From assembly GCA_965207075.1 (NCBI GenBank), contig CBDBLO010000002.1:1888001-1952000 (forward strand): a stretch of 64,000 nucleotides of DNA. The letters are read 5' to 3'. This DNA is from Nitrosopumilus sp. GTDB lineage: Archaea; Thermoproteota; Nitrososphaeria; Nitrososphaerales; Nitrosopumilaceae. Positions 28,958-38,207 of the stretch are shown in pieces. The notes under the pieces were generated by a model, which was not told the DNA's origin, did no database searches, and saw only the letters and a list, made by a program, of their open reading frames with translations. How positions within the stretch are numbered: the stretch's first letter is position 1; each line of letters starts with the position of its first letter. A program made the position numbers and the translations under genes.

Positions 28958-30684
28958 GTCCCTAATACCGAAAGCAGCCTTTTCTTTTCGGCCAGTGCAG
29001 TCTCCGGATCCTCAAACCAGTACTCCAACAAAAGCGGGCCGATCTTGTACTCTACCACCCGTCTCCACCACGTCCCTGTGTCTGGAACCTCGTCATTGGT
29101 TTTGGGCATCGCGTAGCTGTGCCCCACCCTAAAGTTGGGGCCCAGCATCCCGTTCTTGGCTATTCTTTCGTTGAGGGACGTCATGGCATCCCCGATTCTA
29201 CTCAGAATGTCGGGGTCTATTGCTCCGAAATTCTCGCGCACCCACCCACGCCAAGTCTCACCAAAGACAGGATCCAAGCGGACAAAGTCAAAGCGGCGCC
29301 TCAGGGCCATGTCTACCAAGGCGATGGAGCGGTCTGCCGCGTTCATGGTGCCTATGATGTAGAGGTTTGGTGGCACGTGTACCTGTTCGGACCCGTCACG
29401 CGGATAGCTTAGCGATATGGCATGATCATCACTGCGCTTGTCCGCCTCGATCAGCGTGAGCATCTCGCCAAATATGCTTGCGGGGTTGCCGCGGTTTATC
29501 TCCTCTATGATTATGACAAACTTGCGGCCCTCTTGCTCTTTGGCGTCATTTATCGCGTCAAGAAACGGCCCGTCCCGCAAAGCAAGCCCGCTCCCATCCG
29601 GCCGCCAGCCCCTCACAAAGTCCTCGTACGAGAGGTTTGGGTGGAACTGGACCGTCCTCACCCCTGGATCTGGCTTGTGGCCTATGAGTGCAAATGCCAG
29701 CCTCTTTGCCAAGTATGTCTTGCCAGTACCCGGAGGGCCCTCGAGGATCAGGTTTTTTGTATTCTCCAGCATGCTCATGATGGATTGCAGTTCGGATTTC
29801 TCTACAAAGCATCCGTCCTTGACTATGTCCTCGATGGAATATGATAGACCGTCAGAGTCAGAAGTTCTAGTATCCTTGGATTCGGCTTTCTCTTTCTTCT
29901 TGGATTCGGCTTTCTCTTTCTTCTTGGATTCGGCTTTCTCTTTCTTCTTGGATTCGGCTTTCTCTTCTTTCTTCTTGACACGCGAATATTTGTATGCTTC
30001 AGCTGACAGTTCTGGAAATGAGCTCATGTCAGTATTTGTTTTGAGTACCGCCAGTATTCTTTCAGTTAGATCTAGATATTCCTCGCAGTTATTTGGATTT
30101 ATATCAGATGTTTTGGTGTAATCAAGGTATTGTCTTGTGCTAGAGTCCAATGGGAGGAACTCGTATGGCCTGATCCAGAATAATCCGATGGTAAGCGTGT
30201 TAAACGGGGTGCCGAGCCTGATTACAGTGTCAAATGATTCTACGAGCTTGGAGCGGTTGGACTTGTTGTTTGCATATGCCAGCGCGTGTGCAAGGACATT
30301 CCAGAGTTCATTAATGTGGTCGGGGTCGCGCTTCTGGGCGTATTGGAAAAACCAACGCCGTCGGCTGTCCAGTACCGGGACGCCCGGCCAGTCGTCGGGC
30401 GGGGGTGTGCTGACACCCAAGAGGTTTGCAAGCTGGCCCTGCGTATGGATGCGGTTCTGATAATTCACGTTGCGGTTAAACTCACTCATGGTCGTGAACG
30501 GGCATATGTCCTGTATCGGTTCTGAAGAGCCGTCCTTAAACTTGTCTGTCATTATGTTAAAGCCCAGCTCCCTGTGAATTCCATGAATGGCATCGATCAG
30601 CGGCCTGCGGTCGTTTCTGTATCTGAGCAGCCTGTCTGCAAACTCGCTGTAGAACTCAATCCAGCCCGGACTGTCGTCGGCCAT
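28954..30684 (-). CDS. mcrB: McrB-family AAA+ GTPase
   Basis: GPPGTGKT, QFHPNLSYEDF, EEINRG, GTMNAAD and ALRRRF; overlaps the mcrC start. Confidence 0.93.
   Translation of the reverse strand: MADDSPGWIEFYSEFADRLLRYRNDRRPLIDAIHGIHRELGFNIMTDKFKDGSSEPIQDICPFTTMSEFNRNVNYQNRIHTQGQLANLLGVSTPPPDDWPGVPVLDSRRRWFFQYAQKRDPDHINELWNVLAHALAYANNKSNRSKLVESFDTVIRLGTPFNTLTIGLFWIRPYEFLPLDSSTRQYLDYTKTSDINPNNCEEYLDLTERILAVLKTNTDMSSFPELSAEAYKYSRVKKKEEKAESKKKEKAESKKKEKAESKKKEKAESKDTRTSDSDGLSYSIEDIVKDGCFVEKSELQSIMSMLENTKNLILEGPPGTGKTYLAKRLAFALIGHKPDPGVRTVQFHPNLSYEDFVRGWRPDGSGLALRDGPFLDAINDAKEQEGRKFVIIIEEINRGNPASIFGEMLTLIEADKRSDDHAISLSYPRDGSEQVHVPPNLYIIGTMNAADRSIALVDMALRRRFDFVRLDPVFGETWRGWVRENFGAIDPDILSRIGDAMTSLNERIAKNGMLGPNFRVGHSYAMPKTNDEVPDTGTWWRRVVEYKIGPLLLEYWFEDPETALAEKKRLLSVLGT
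29875..29965. repeat. 24-bp in-frame tandem repeat (about 4 copies) in mcrB
   Basis: CTTGGATTCGGCTTTCTCTTTCTT repeated, encoding KKKEKAES. Confidence 0.92.
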
Positions 30685-30803
30685 GACTGTCCGTATAATG
30701 CGTGCTTTTTATTGTTTGATCCGTACATCACGGATCCCGTTGATGCCAGTCGGCCTGTCAGTTCTTGCAAGTCCATGAAAAATCCGCCTTATATGCATCC
30801 CGT

Positions 30804-31652
30804 ATGTCTGACGGCGTGCTGAGGATAGGGCTTGACATCGGGACCGGCTTTGTAAAGTGCGTCTCGGATCATGGGGCAGTTCGGTTTCCATCGTTGTACG
30901 TCAAAAGAACACACGGGGATTGGGCCGATGCGGATTACGAGGCCGTGGGGGAGAGGGCAGCCGGGATGTTGCATACCTCCGGGGCGTCCACCGTGCGGCC
31001 CGTTGTGCGCGGGAGGCCCGATCCCAGGTACCAGAAACAGGTGGAGATGCTGATCCGGGAGGCCGTATCCCGGGTCCGCGTCGCGGCCGGCCGCGCCGCG
31101 GACTGCGGTGAGAAGACCGGGATGGCCGTGGGCCTGCCGTACGAGGCTTCCGACTGCCGGGAGGCCGTATCCAAGATGGTCAGAAGATGCGTCCCCGCTG
31201 ACCGGTGCGACGTGGTGGCCCAGGCCGTCGGGACGTTGGTTGACATGGATAAGAGTACCGGGATGGTGGTCTCCATAGGCCAGGGAACCAGCGAGATCGT
31301 GGTGATAGAGGACAACCAAGTGATAGACGGGGAGAGCTCCCGGTGGGCGTCTGAGTTCATAACTCGCAAGATAGGCAAGTTTGCGCACCTAGACAAGGAT
31401 CTGCTACACCGGCGCAGGGAGACGTGCAAAAAGTACGCAAGGGTGCTTGCAGGCAACCTAGCAGACGAGATAACGGACATGTCCGCGGAGTACGGCCACG
31501 CGCACGACGTGGTGCTTTCCGGCGGCGGGCTACTTATCCCGGGGGTGCGCGACGAGCTGGAGTCGAGGCTCAAAAAGAGGTTCAGGATCAGCGTGCCGGC
31601 CGATCCGGTCATGAGCAATGCGTCAGGCCTCTACAAGCTGCTGGTGGAGTGA
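30804..31652 (+). CDS. ParM/StbA-like actin-fold ATPase (copy 1)
   Basis: GLDIGTGFVK (phosphate 1), GLP, SIGQGTSE (phosphate 2), LSGGG (adenosine) and DPVMSNASG (connect 2). Confidence 0.85.
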   Translation: MSDGVLRIGLDIGTGFVKCVSDHGAVRFPSLYVKRTHGDWADADYEAVGERAAGMLHTSGASTVRPVVRGRPDPRYQKQVEMLIREAVSRVRVAAGRAADCGEKTGMAVGLPYEASDCREAVSKMVRRCVPADRCDVVAQAVGTLVDMDKSTGMVVSIGQGTSEIVVIEDNQVIDGESSRWASEFITRKIGKFAHLDKDLLHRRRETCKKYARVLAGNLADEITDMSAEYGHAHDVVLSGGGLLIPGVRDELESRLKKRFRISVPADPVMSNASGLYKLLVE

Positions 31653-31689
31653 CTGAGATGCATCTGAAATACAGGCAGGTGACCGGCTG

Positions 31690-34600
31690 ATGGGATCGAG
31701 GCGCTGGCGCTTGGCCAACCGCAAAAAGCCCGAAGGGCAGCTGGGCTGCACAAAGCACTTCCTTGCGGCCGGAACCGGCAGGCTGGCCGCCTACTCGGTC
31801 AGGATACCGATCGAGATGGACGTGAAAAAGGCCGTGCTGGCGGCAGGCGACCTTGCCGGCGCCCGCACCCGCAGTTTTGAGGTGTGGTGGGACGCGGCGG
31901 ACAAGAGGATGGAGTTCGTCCTAGTGGCAGAAGAGGACGACTTGGACGCCTACAAACAGTCGTTTTTGAACATGTACCCGAACGCGGCGTTCTCCGCAAT
32001 GGGACAGACCGAGCCGGGCTGGTTCGGGCCGCCGGGGCCTGACTGCCAGATATTCGACGTGGGCACGCGCCACGGACACTATTCGACGGTCTTTGACAGG
32101 GCCAGGGCGCACCACCTCATGAGCAGGGTGGCAAGGCTGGTTCAGCTGTCCAGAAGCGCCTGGATACAGTTCGTGTTCAGGCGCCACTCATTCGACTCCT
32201 TCCTACGCGGGCACGTGAGCCGCCTCGACGCTAGGGCGCTCGAGATCAAGCAGGGTAACTATCTCAGCACGGCCGAGCTCATCACGCTTTCGGACAAAAA
32301 GCCGCACGACCACCCGGAGCTGGGGTACGACTTTGCCAACAATTATGCGGGCCTCCAAAAGCACGCCACGCTCAAGACGCAGTCCGCCCAGGTCATCATG
32401 AGCGTCCGCGGCATGATCAGGGGCGACCGCGAGATCAACCTCAACTTTGACGAGATCGAGTCCCTCCCGGTGGAGAACATATTCTCGGGGCACGAGCACC
32501 TGACCAAGTTTCCATACAGAAACCAAGATTTCTGGGACGAGAAAAAGCCCAAGAAGGTGGAGATCCGCATAACCGACAGCAGGGAGCGGTTCCCCCGCAT
32601 GGACGTCTTTGCGCGCAGGCTGCTGCCAGATCCCGACAAGCTGCTGGGTGCCGCCCGGGGGAGGTACTTTGACAAGGGGCTGCTGGGCGGGTACCGCGAC
32701 CGCCCCCCGCTGCCGTTCCTCATACTGAACCTCTCGGAGATCCCGCTGCTCGTGCACCTGCCGGATCCCGTGGACACCCCGAACATAGAGGCCACCCGGG
32801 GTGTTACGATCCCCTCGAGGTCATCTGCAAAGGCGGGCGCGCCGCTGGGGTTCTTCAGGCCCAAGCCAAGAGACTTTGACTGGGGCAAGACATGGGGCGT
32901 CGTGGTGCCCTCCAAGGACGAGGACGCCGCGGTGATATCACCCGCGGATTTCGCCACCCACGTGTATGCGGTCGGCGCGTCAGGCTCGGGCAAGACCTCG
33001 CTTGTCAGGGTTATCGCAAAGCACTTGGAGGTGTGGAACGAGAACGGAACCATGCGCAACGCGTTCATTTACGTGGATCCCAAGGGGGACGACTCCCACA
33101 AGTTCGTCAGGCAGTGCGGTCCGGGCCCCATATCGGACGGGCGGATCCACTTTCTGGACCCCCAGAAGACAAAGTTCTCGATAAACCCGCTGGAGCTGCC
33201 GGACCACTCGCCGTGGGAGCGCGAGGAGGTCGTGTCTAGGCACGTCGGATATTTCATGAAGACCATAGAGGAGTGGTACCAGCAGTCTGCCAGCTACGTG
33301 CAGATGGAGCGCATCTTCCGCGCGCTTTTGTTCTACATGTACATGAAGCACGACGCGCCCACCTTCCTTGACATCCACCACGTCATACTCCGGCTCCAGG
33401 ACAGCGGACAGCAGGCCATGCCGGAAATCATACAGACGTACGGCACCCCCGAACCCGAGATGAGGCAGGCGCTCGACAGTATCGCCACCCTCAAGGGCGA
33501 CGCGTTCACACCCCTGCTCAACCGCGTCGAGCAGTTTGCGACAGACCCGGTGCTCAGGCGCATGTTCTCGGTCAGGAACGGCACCGTCGACTTTGGCGAG
33601 CTCATACAACCGGGCCACCAGACCATAGTCCGCATATCGCCGCTGAACATGCCCCACCACGTGCAGCCCCTGGCGATGCAGGCGTTCATACTGAAGCTGT
33701 GGTTTACGATACAAGAGCGGGCCAACCGCACGCCCGACGAGTCGGAGCGCACGCAGGTAGTACTCGCGTTAGACGAGTTCCAGATTGTAAAGGACCTGCA
33801 GGTGCTGCAGCTTATGCTGGAGCAGGCAAGGTCGCTGGGGCTCGGACTCGTACTGTCACACCAGACCACCGAGCAGATAAGCGACAAACAACTGGGACTC
33901 ATCACAGGCAACTCGGGCACGCAGCTGGTCGGCAAGGTGAACGGCAAGGACGCCTCCCGCATCGCCCAGATCTGGGATCCTCAGTTCCTGAAAGAGCTGC
34001 AGCAACAGCTCTCAAGCCAAGAGTACTTTCACTGGACGATCCGCGAAAAGGCGCCGCCGGGACTCGAGCAGCCTCCCCCTGTCCAGTTCTGGCTCTCCAG
34101 ACCGCCGGACATGATGACGGGTGACGCCGAGTATGACGCGTTCGTCAGCAAGCAGCTGGCCAAATACGGCGCAGGCGTAATCGGCCCCGACGCAATCGCG
34201 CAGGCGGCCAGGGAGAAGAGCATGTGGCTTGGGAACATCACGGTAGAGCTGCCCCCAAAGCTGGAGTGGGGGATAATGCGCCTCCTGCACGAGAACTCTG
34301 AAATGCAGCAGGGGGAGCTTGCCAAGGGACTCAGGGTCCAGAACCGCGACGAGGTGGCCGCGGCGCTCCGAGACATGGAAGGCAGGGGGATAGTGGAGCG
34401 TACAGGTACGGTGCGCACCTCGCCGTACAGGCTTTCCAAAGAGATAGAGCGGACGTATTTTGAGCTCGACCATGCGGAGGTGGGCACCGCGCCCGACGTT
34501 GCCGAGGTGGCAGATAAGGCGGTCTCGGCATACCTCAAGGAGGGACTGTTCGTGGCCGCCGCCTCCCAGCGGATCAAAAAAGGCAGAGACCGAACCGACC

Positions 34601-34827
34601 TGGTGGCCTATGACTATGCCCGGGAGGTTCCGATAAGCGTCGAGATAGAGTCGGTCAGCGAGGTGGACAGCCACCCGGAGCACGTCATGTACAACATGAC
34701 AAAGTGGGCCAAGATGGGCTTTGTCGAGTGCCACGTCTGGTCCAAGAGCCCCAAGATAAAGGGCATCAGGGAGCAGCTTGACGGAGAGCAGAAAAAGAGG
34801 GTCTCCGTGATTGTCATTTCATCCTGA
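31690..34827 (+). CDS. VirD4/TrwB/HerA-like P-loop ATPase with C-terminal wHTH and PD-(D/E)xK-like domain (copy 1)
   Basis: GASGSGKT, YVDPKGD, LALDEFQ and QARSLGLGLVLSHQ; then QQGELAKGL...LRDMEGRGIVER and TDLVAY...VEIES. Confidence 0.82.
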   Translation: MGSRRWRLANRKKPEGQLGCTKHFLAAGTGRLAAYSVRIPIEMDVKKAVLAAGDLAGARTRSFEVWWDAADKRMEFVLVAEEDDLDAYKQSFLNMYPNAAFSAMGQTEPGWFGPPGPDCQIFDVGTRHGHYSTVFDRARAHHLMSRVARLVQLSRSAWIQFVFRRHSFDSFLRGHVSRLDARALEIKQGNYLSTAELITLSDKKPHDHPELGYDFANNYAGLQKHATLKTQSAQVIMSVRGMIRGDREINLNFDEIESLPVENIFSGHEHLTKFPYRNQDFWDEKKPKKVEIRITDSRERFPRMDVFARRLLPDPDKLLGAARGRYFDKGLLGGYRDRPPLPFLILNLSEIPLLVHLPDPVDTPNIEATRGVTIPSRSSAKAGAPLGFFRPKPRDFDWGKTWGVVVPSKDEDAAVISPADFATHVYAVGASGSGKTSLVRVIAKHLEVWNENGTMRNAFIYVDPKGDDSHKFVRQCGPGPISDGRIHFLDPQKTKFSINPLELPDHSPWEREEVVSRHVGYFMKTIEEWYQQSASYVQMERIFRALLFYMYMKHDAPTFLDIHHVILRLQDSGQQAMPEIIQTYGTPEPEMRQALDSIATLKGDAFTPLLNRVEQFATDPVLRRMFSVRNGTVDFGELIQPGHQTIVRISPLNMPHHVQPLAMQAFILKLWFTIQERANRTPDESERTQVVLALDEFQIVKDLQVLQLMLEQARSLGLGLVLSHQTTEQISDKQLGLITGNSGTQLVGKVNGKDASRIAQIWDPQFLKELQQQLSSQEYFHWTIREKAPPGLEQPPPVQFWLSRPPDMMTGDAEYDAFVSKQLAKYGAGVIGPDAIAQAAREKSMWLGNITVELPPKLEWGIMRLLHENSEMQQGELAKGLRVQNRDEVAAALRDMEGRGIVERTGTVRTSPYRLSKEIERTYFELDHAEVGTAPDVAEVADKAVSAYLKEGLFVAAASQRIKKGRDRTDLVAYDYAREVPISVEIESVSEVDSHPEHVMYNMTKWAKMGFVECHVWSKSPKIKGIREQLDGEQKKRVSVIVISS

Positions 34828-35152
34828 GCTTTTCCATCCGGCTGGGCCCCCGGTCCGGCTTGCGCTCTAGAGCCTCGGCGAGATCCACCATGTAGCCGCC
34901 GTCACCTCCGCCCGCGTCTTCCGGCGGCCCGTCATACTTGTCAAGCGCGGCGGAGTCCTTGTCGGCTTCCGCGATGTCCTTCTTGGTGATGTCGGACTCG
35001 ACGGGCTTCATGATGACCTTGTTCTTTGATACGGCGAATCTGACGTACTGGTTTCTGCGTATACCGAGCGCGTGGACTATCTGGAGCGGTATTGTCACGG
35101 TATAGGAGCCCTGCCGGAACTGGACCTTTCTCTGCACATCTTTGAGTTCCAT
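34814..35152 (-). CDS. AbrB/MazE/SpoVT-fold DNA-binding protein (copy 1)
   Basis: RKVQFRQGSYTVTIPLQIVHALGIRRNQYVRF; 3' end overlaps the ATPase 3' end by 14 bp. Confidence 0.88.
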   Translation of the reverse strand: MELKDVQRKVQFRQGSYTVTIPLQIVHALGIRRNQYVRFAVSKNKVIMKPVESDITKKDIAEADKDSAALDKYDGPPEDAGGGDGGYMVDLAEALERKPDRGPSRMEKLRMK

Positions 35153-35192
35153 GCAGCATGTGCCCTCGTATGCATAAAAGGCAAGAAGAAAG

Positions 35193-35342
35193 TGCACAAT
35201 ATGCCCAGACGCCTCATTTCACATGCATTTTATGCAGCCAGAGGATGCATGATATGCACTTTTCGGGTTTTGGGGCATGCAGAATATGCATGTAGGCAAT
35301 ACAGAATATGCATGTAGGCAATACAGAATATGCATGTAGGCA
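35193..35342. promoter_or_regulatory. Phased TGCA-N5-TGCA box array, including a 22-bp tandem repeat (copy 1)
   Basis: Boxes, some degenerate, at 35193, 35224, 35246, 35278, 35300 and 35322; AGAATATGCATGTAGGCAATAC occurs about 2.8 times from 35281. Confidence 0.75.
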
Positions 35343-35383
35343 TGGTTCGGGCCGCCACCCACACCCGTCTACGAAGGGAATCT

Positions 35384-35477
35384 GATTCGCATTTACTCAT
35401 AGACTAACAAAACGAACCAACTCGCACACACAATCCTGAAGATCACGGGGGCCGCCTGGCGGCGGCCCCCTCCCACC
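35384..35477. other. Conserved non-coding segment with 10-bp GC hairpin (candidate origin; copy 1)
   Basis: GGGGGCCGCC-TGGC-GGCGGCCCCC at 35447-35470; segment is near-identical in reverse complement to 52756-52847. Confidence 0.6.
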
Positions 35478-35687
35478 TCTTGTCAGGCCTGACGGCCTGA
35501 CCACCCACAAAAAACATGGCCGGCCAACAGAGTCGGCGGCTTTCATATACGTACTAGTCACACGATCGGCCTTGATTTCTGAAATTATTAAGAAGACGTT
35601 CTTAGAACATAGCATCAGAAGCCTCTGGATCCTTTTGAATAGCCGTAGTGTTCAAAACAAATTATCATTATCAGTATGTTTTGAAGT

Positions 35688-36299
35688 CTAGGAGAATCTG
35701 GTCTGGATAGGTTTTTTCTTTGCTGGTCTGTATTTCTGGCGTAGCTCTTTAGCATCGCACACCGCCTGCGCAAGCATCTTCCTGTAGTTGTTATATCCCG
35801 GAAGATTCCCATCAATGCCCATCTTGTTTAGCTTTTCTAGCTCCTGTTCAAAGATCCCATAACGCTTCAACGTTTTGTGTTTTCTAAGAAGTCTTCCATA
35901 ATAATAGTACGGAACTTTATCGATTACTTGTTTCTCTTCTAGATATTTACCAAAAGCCATTACCTCATTAGGATAGCTTATTCCTGTATCTCTCTTTATC
36001 GCAGTTGAATAGTTGGTTACAAAGAAGTCATCCTCAGTCGTGTTATTGAATACATACAATACTCTTCCTATCTTCCACCACATAGTTGAAGTCATCCTAG
36101 AGTATTGCTTTGGAGTATTTTGAGCCTTTACGCGCTTGATCTTCTTAATTGTCTGGATGTACTGTCCGTTAAATTCTAATAGCTTTTCATGAGTATCTTC
36201 TCGGACCTTGAAATAATACATACTGTTTAGGCCCATCGTGATGTTTTCGAATCCTTCGCTGTCCTTTATCAGCGCTATTTTGACAGGTATCTTGTTCAT
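35688..36299 (-). CDS. Hypothetical basic protein coupled to the MORC-like ATPase
   Basis: 203-aa ORF overlapping the upstream stop (ATGA). Confidence 0.7.
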   Translation of the reverse strand: MNKIPVKIALIKDSEGFENITMGLNSMYYFKVREDTHEKLLEFNGQYIQTIKKIKRVKAQNTPKQYSRMTSTMWWKIGRVLYVFNNTTEDDFFVTNYSTAIKRDTGISYPNEVMAFGKYLEEKQVIDKVPYYYYGRLLRKHKTLKRYGIFEQELEKLNKMGIDGNLPGYNNYRKMLAQAVCDAKELRQKYRPAKKKPIQTRFS

Positions 36300-37852
36300 T
36301 CCAACATCTGATTTAGTATGGCTCTGGAGAAATTCAGGGCTTTTTCAGCGGTTATAGTTTCATCATTTTTAGCGCCGTATGATACAACAGCACTTGCAAT
36401 AACTCTAGCCTTGTGGTAATTGTAAACGGGGCTTGCCTCCTTGTATTTCTGATTAAGTGGATGAGCAGTGTTATAGACAATCGCCATTTCCGGAGTTTCT
36501 TGCACCCAGCATTCCTCGGCACTGTGAGGATCATTCAAATCGAAAATATCAATACCGCCGCTTCGTCTTCTCTTAATTTTGGCCTTCAACGGCGCATCGT
36601 TATCGTCGTCTTTTAAGACACCTTCCTCGTGTTTTGCATCTTTGGAATTTTCATCATTAACACTCCAATCATCGACATCAACGCTCGTCCTGTCTATTGG
36701 GGGAGGATCTATAGTTGGAGATGATGGTGGATCAGCATCGGGATCCAAATCAGCATCTACATCTCCATCGGAGTTCAGCATGGGGATTCTCTGCTGGGCA
36801 ATCTTCATAAGCGGACCCAAAAATTTGTATTCTTTGTGCTTCAAAATCTCGTTTAGTCTTTCAGTGAGTCTAGAATCAATCGCCTGTTTTCTACGAGTGT
36901 TGTGTATATCACCTGATATCAGGTTCCGTTCTTTCAGAAAGTCATAAAAACACTGTTTGACTGTTTTAAGAACTTCATTTACCTTTGGCAATTTCTTAAA
37001 ATCTTCTTTGTTACTTGTAAGTTCGGCCGCCAAAACATTAACTTCGACGATTCCAAACACTTTGTTGTTCATACCATCCTTAATGTTGTCGGAAAAGCTG
37101 ACGACTTCATTTTTTATTCTCTTTCCAAATACCGAATATGTAAGATGAAGATACCCGTCGGGAGCAGGATCATCAGAAATGTAAAAGTAGCAGTAAATTT
37201 TGTGTGACTTGTACTTTACAGTTCTTTTAAATTTCTGCCCTTTTGGCTCCCATGCGTCTATTTTCCTGCCGTCTACGAATATCGACATTTGGTTTGTCAA
37301 GATTCTCTGACTGAACCAGAACTGGATTATGCTTATTATATACTCATATAAATTGTTTAGGATTAGTACCGGAAGCTTAACCCTGTATATGGTTCCTTTC
37401 GGTTGGTAGTAATGCGCAGGCAGTAGTTTTTTGACTTTCGGAGTTTTTAGACTTGTCTCATATTTGATGAGATGGCCTTTTTTATACATTCTCGAAACAA
37501 AGAAATTTTTTCCCTCACCTGTGATGGTAACTATCTCTTTGCCATAATCTGAACCCAAGAATATCTTTGCACCAACACCAGCAAAACCGATTGATCCTCC
37601 TTTCGACTTGCTTGACAACGATATTGTATGATAATTTTTAAAATCTCTCGGACTCATAGGAGCGCCATTGTTATGGATTTCTATAAAATTATTGTTTTCT
37701 TCCTTGTGAAAATTGATTTTTATTTTTGTAGCTCCTGCATCGATTCCATTAGCCACAGCCTCAAGTATCAGAACCTCTTCCTCATCAGAAGTATACATTC
37801 CTAAAAGATTTACAAGAGTCTGTTCAATGCGAATTGGCAAATCATCATCCAT
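36296..37852 (-). CDS. GHKL/MORC-like ATPase
   Basis: EAVANGIDAGA, HNNGAPM, SSK...IGFAGVGAK and PKGT motifs; S5-like LTSNKEDF. Confidence 0.82.
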   Translation of the reverse strand: MDDDLPIRIEQTLVNLLGMYTSDEEEVLILEAVANGIDAGATKIKINFHKEENNNFIEIHNNGAPMSPRDFKNYHTISLSSKSKGGSIGFAGVGAKIFLGSDYGKEIVTITGEGKNFFVSRMYKKGHLIKYETSLKTPKVKKLLPAHYYQPKGTIYRVKLPVLILNNLYEYIISIIQFWFSQRILTNQMSIFVDGRKIDAWEPKGQKFKRTVKYKSHKIYCYFYISDDPAPDGYLHLTYSVFGKRIKNEVVSFSDNIKDGMNNKVFGIVEVNVLAAELTSNKEDFKKLPKVNEVLKTVKQCFYDFLKERNLISGDIHNTRRKQAIDSRLTERLNEILKHKEYKFLGPLMKIAQQRIPMLNSDGDVDADLDPDADPPSSPTIDPPPIDRTSVDVDDWSVNDENSKDAKHEEGVLKDDDNDAPLKAKIKRRRSGGIDIFDLNDPHSAEECWVQETPEMAIVYNTAHPLNQKYKEASPVYNYHKARVIASAVVSYGAKNDETITAEKALNFSRAILNQMLE

Positions 37853-38207
37853 GTCGTAATTTCGGAGATGCGAGATTTAAGTATAGCTCATAACGTAATC
37901 TGGTACATAATTCTCCAATCTGACCCGATTGAAAGGCATTGTTTTGCAATGTATCACAAGCCACTCTACTGCCACACAAATTGGACAGGATGCGCTACAG
38001 TGCTTCCAAATCATCGTGTTAATGAATGTACAATTCACCTACAGCAAGCCGGCCGCGCTTCCAAGTCTACGGATAACGGTAAGACTCGATACCTTGCATG
38101 TTTTGACACCTTGCAGACATCAATACGCATTCCACAGTGATGGGAGTGACTTTTAGAAAGTTCTGCTTTTTGAAAAGAATAAAAACACTATATTCGATAG
38201 GTATGCA

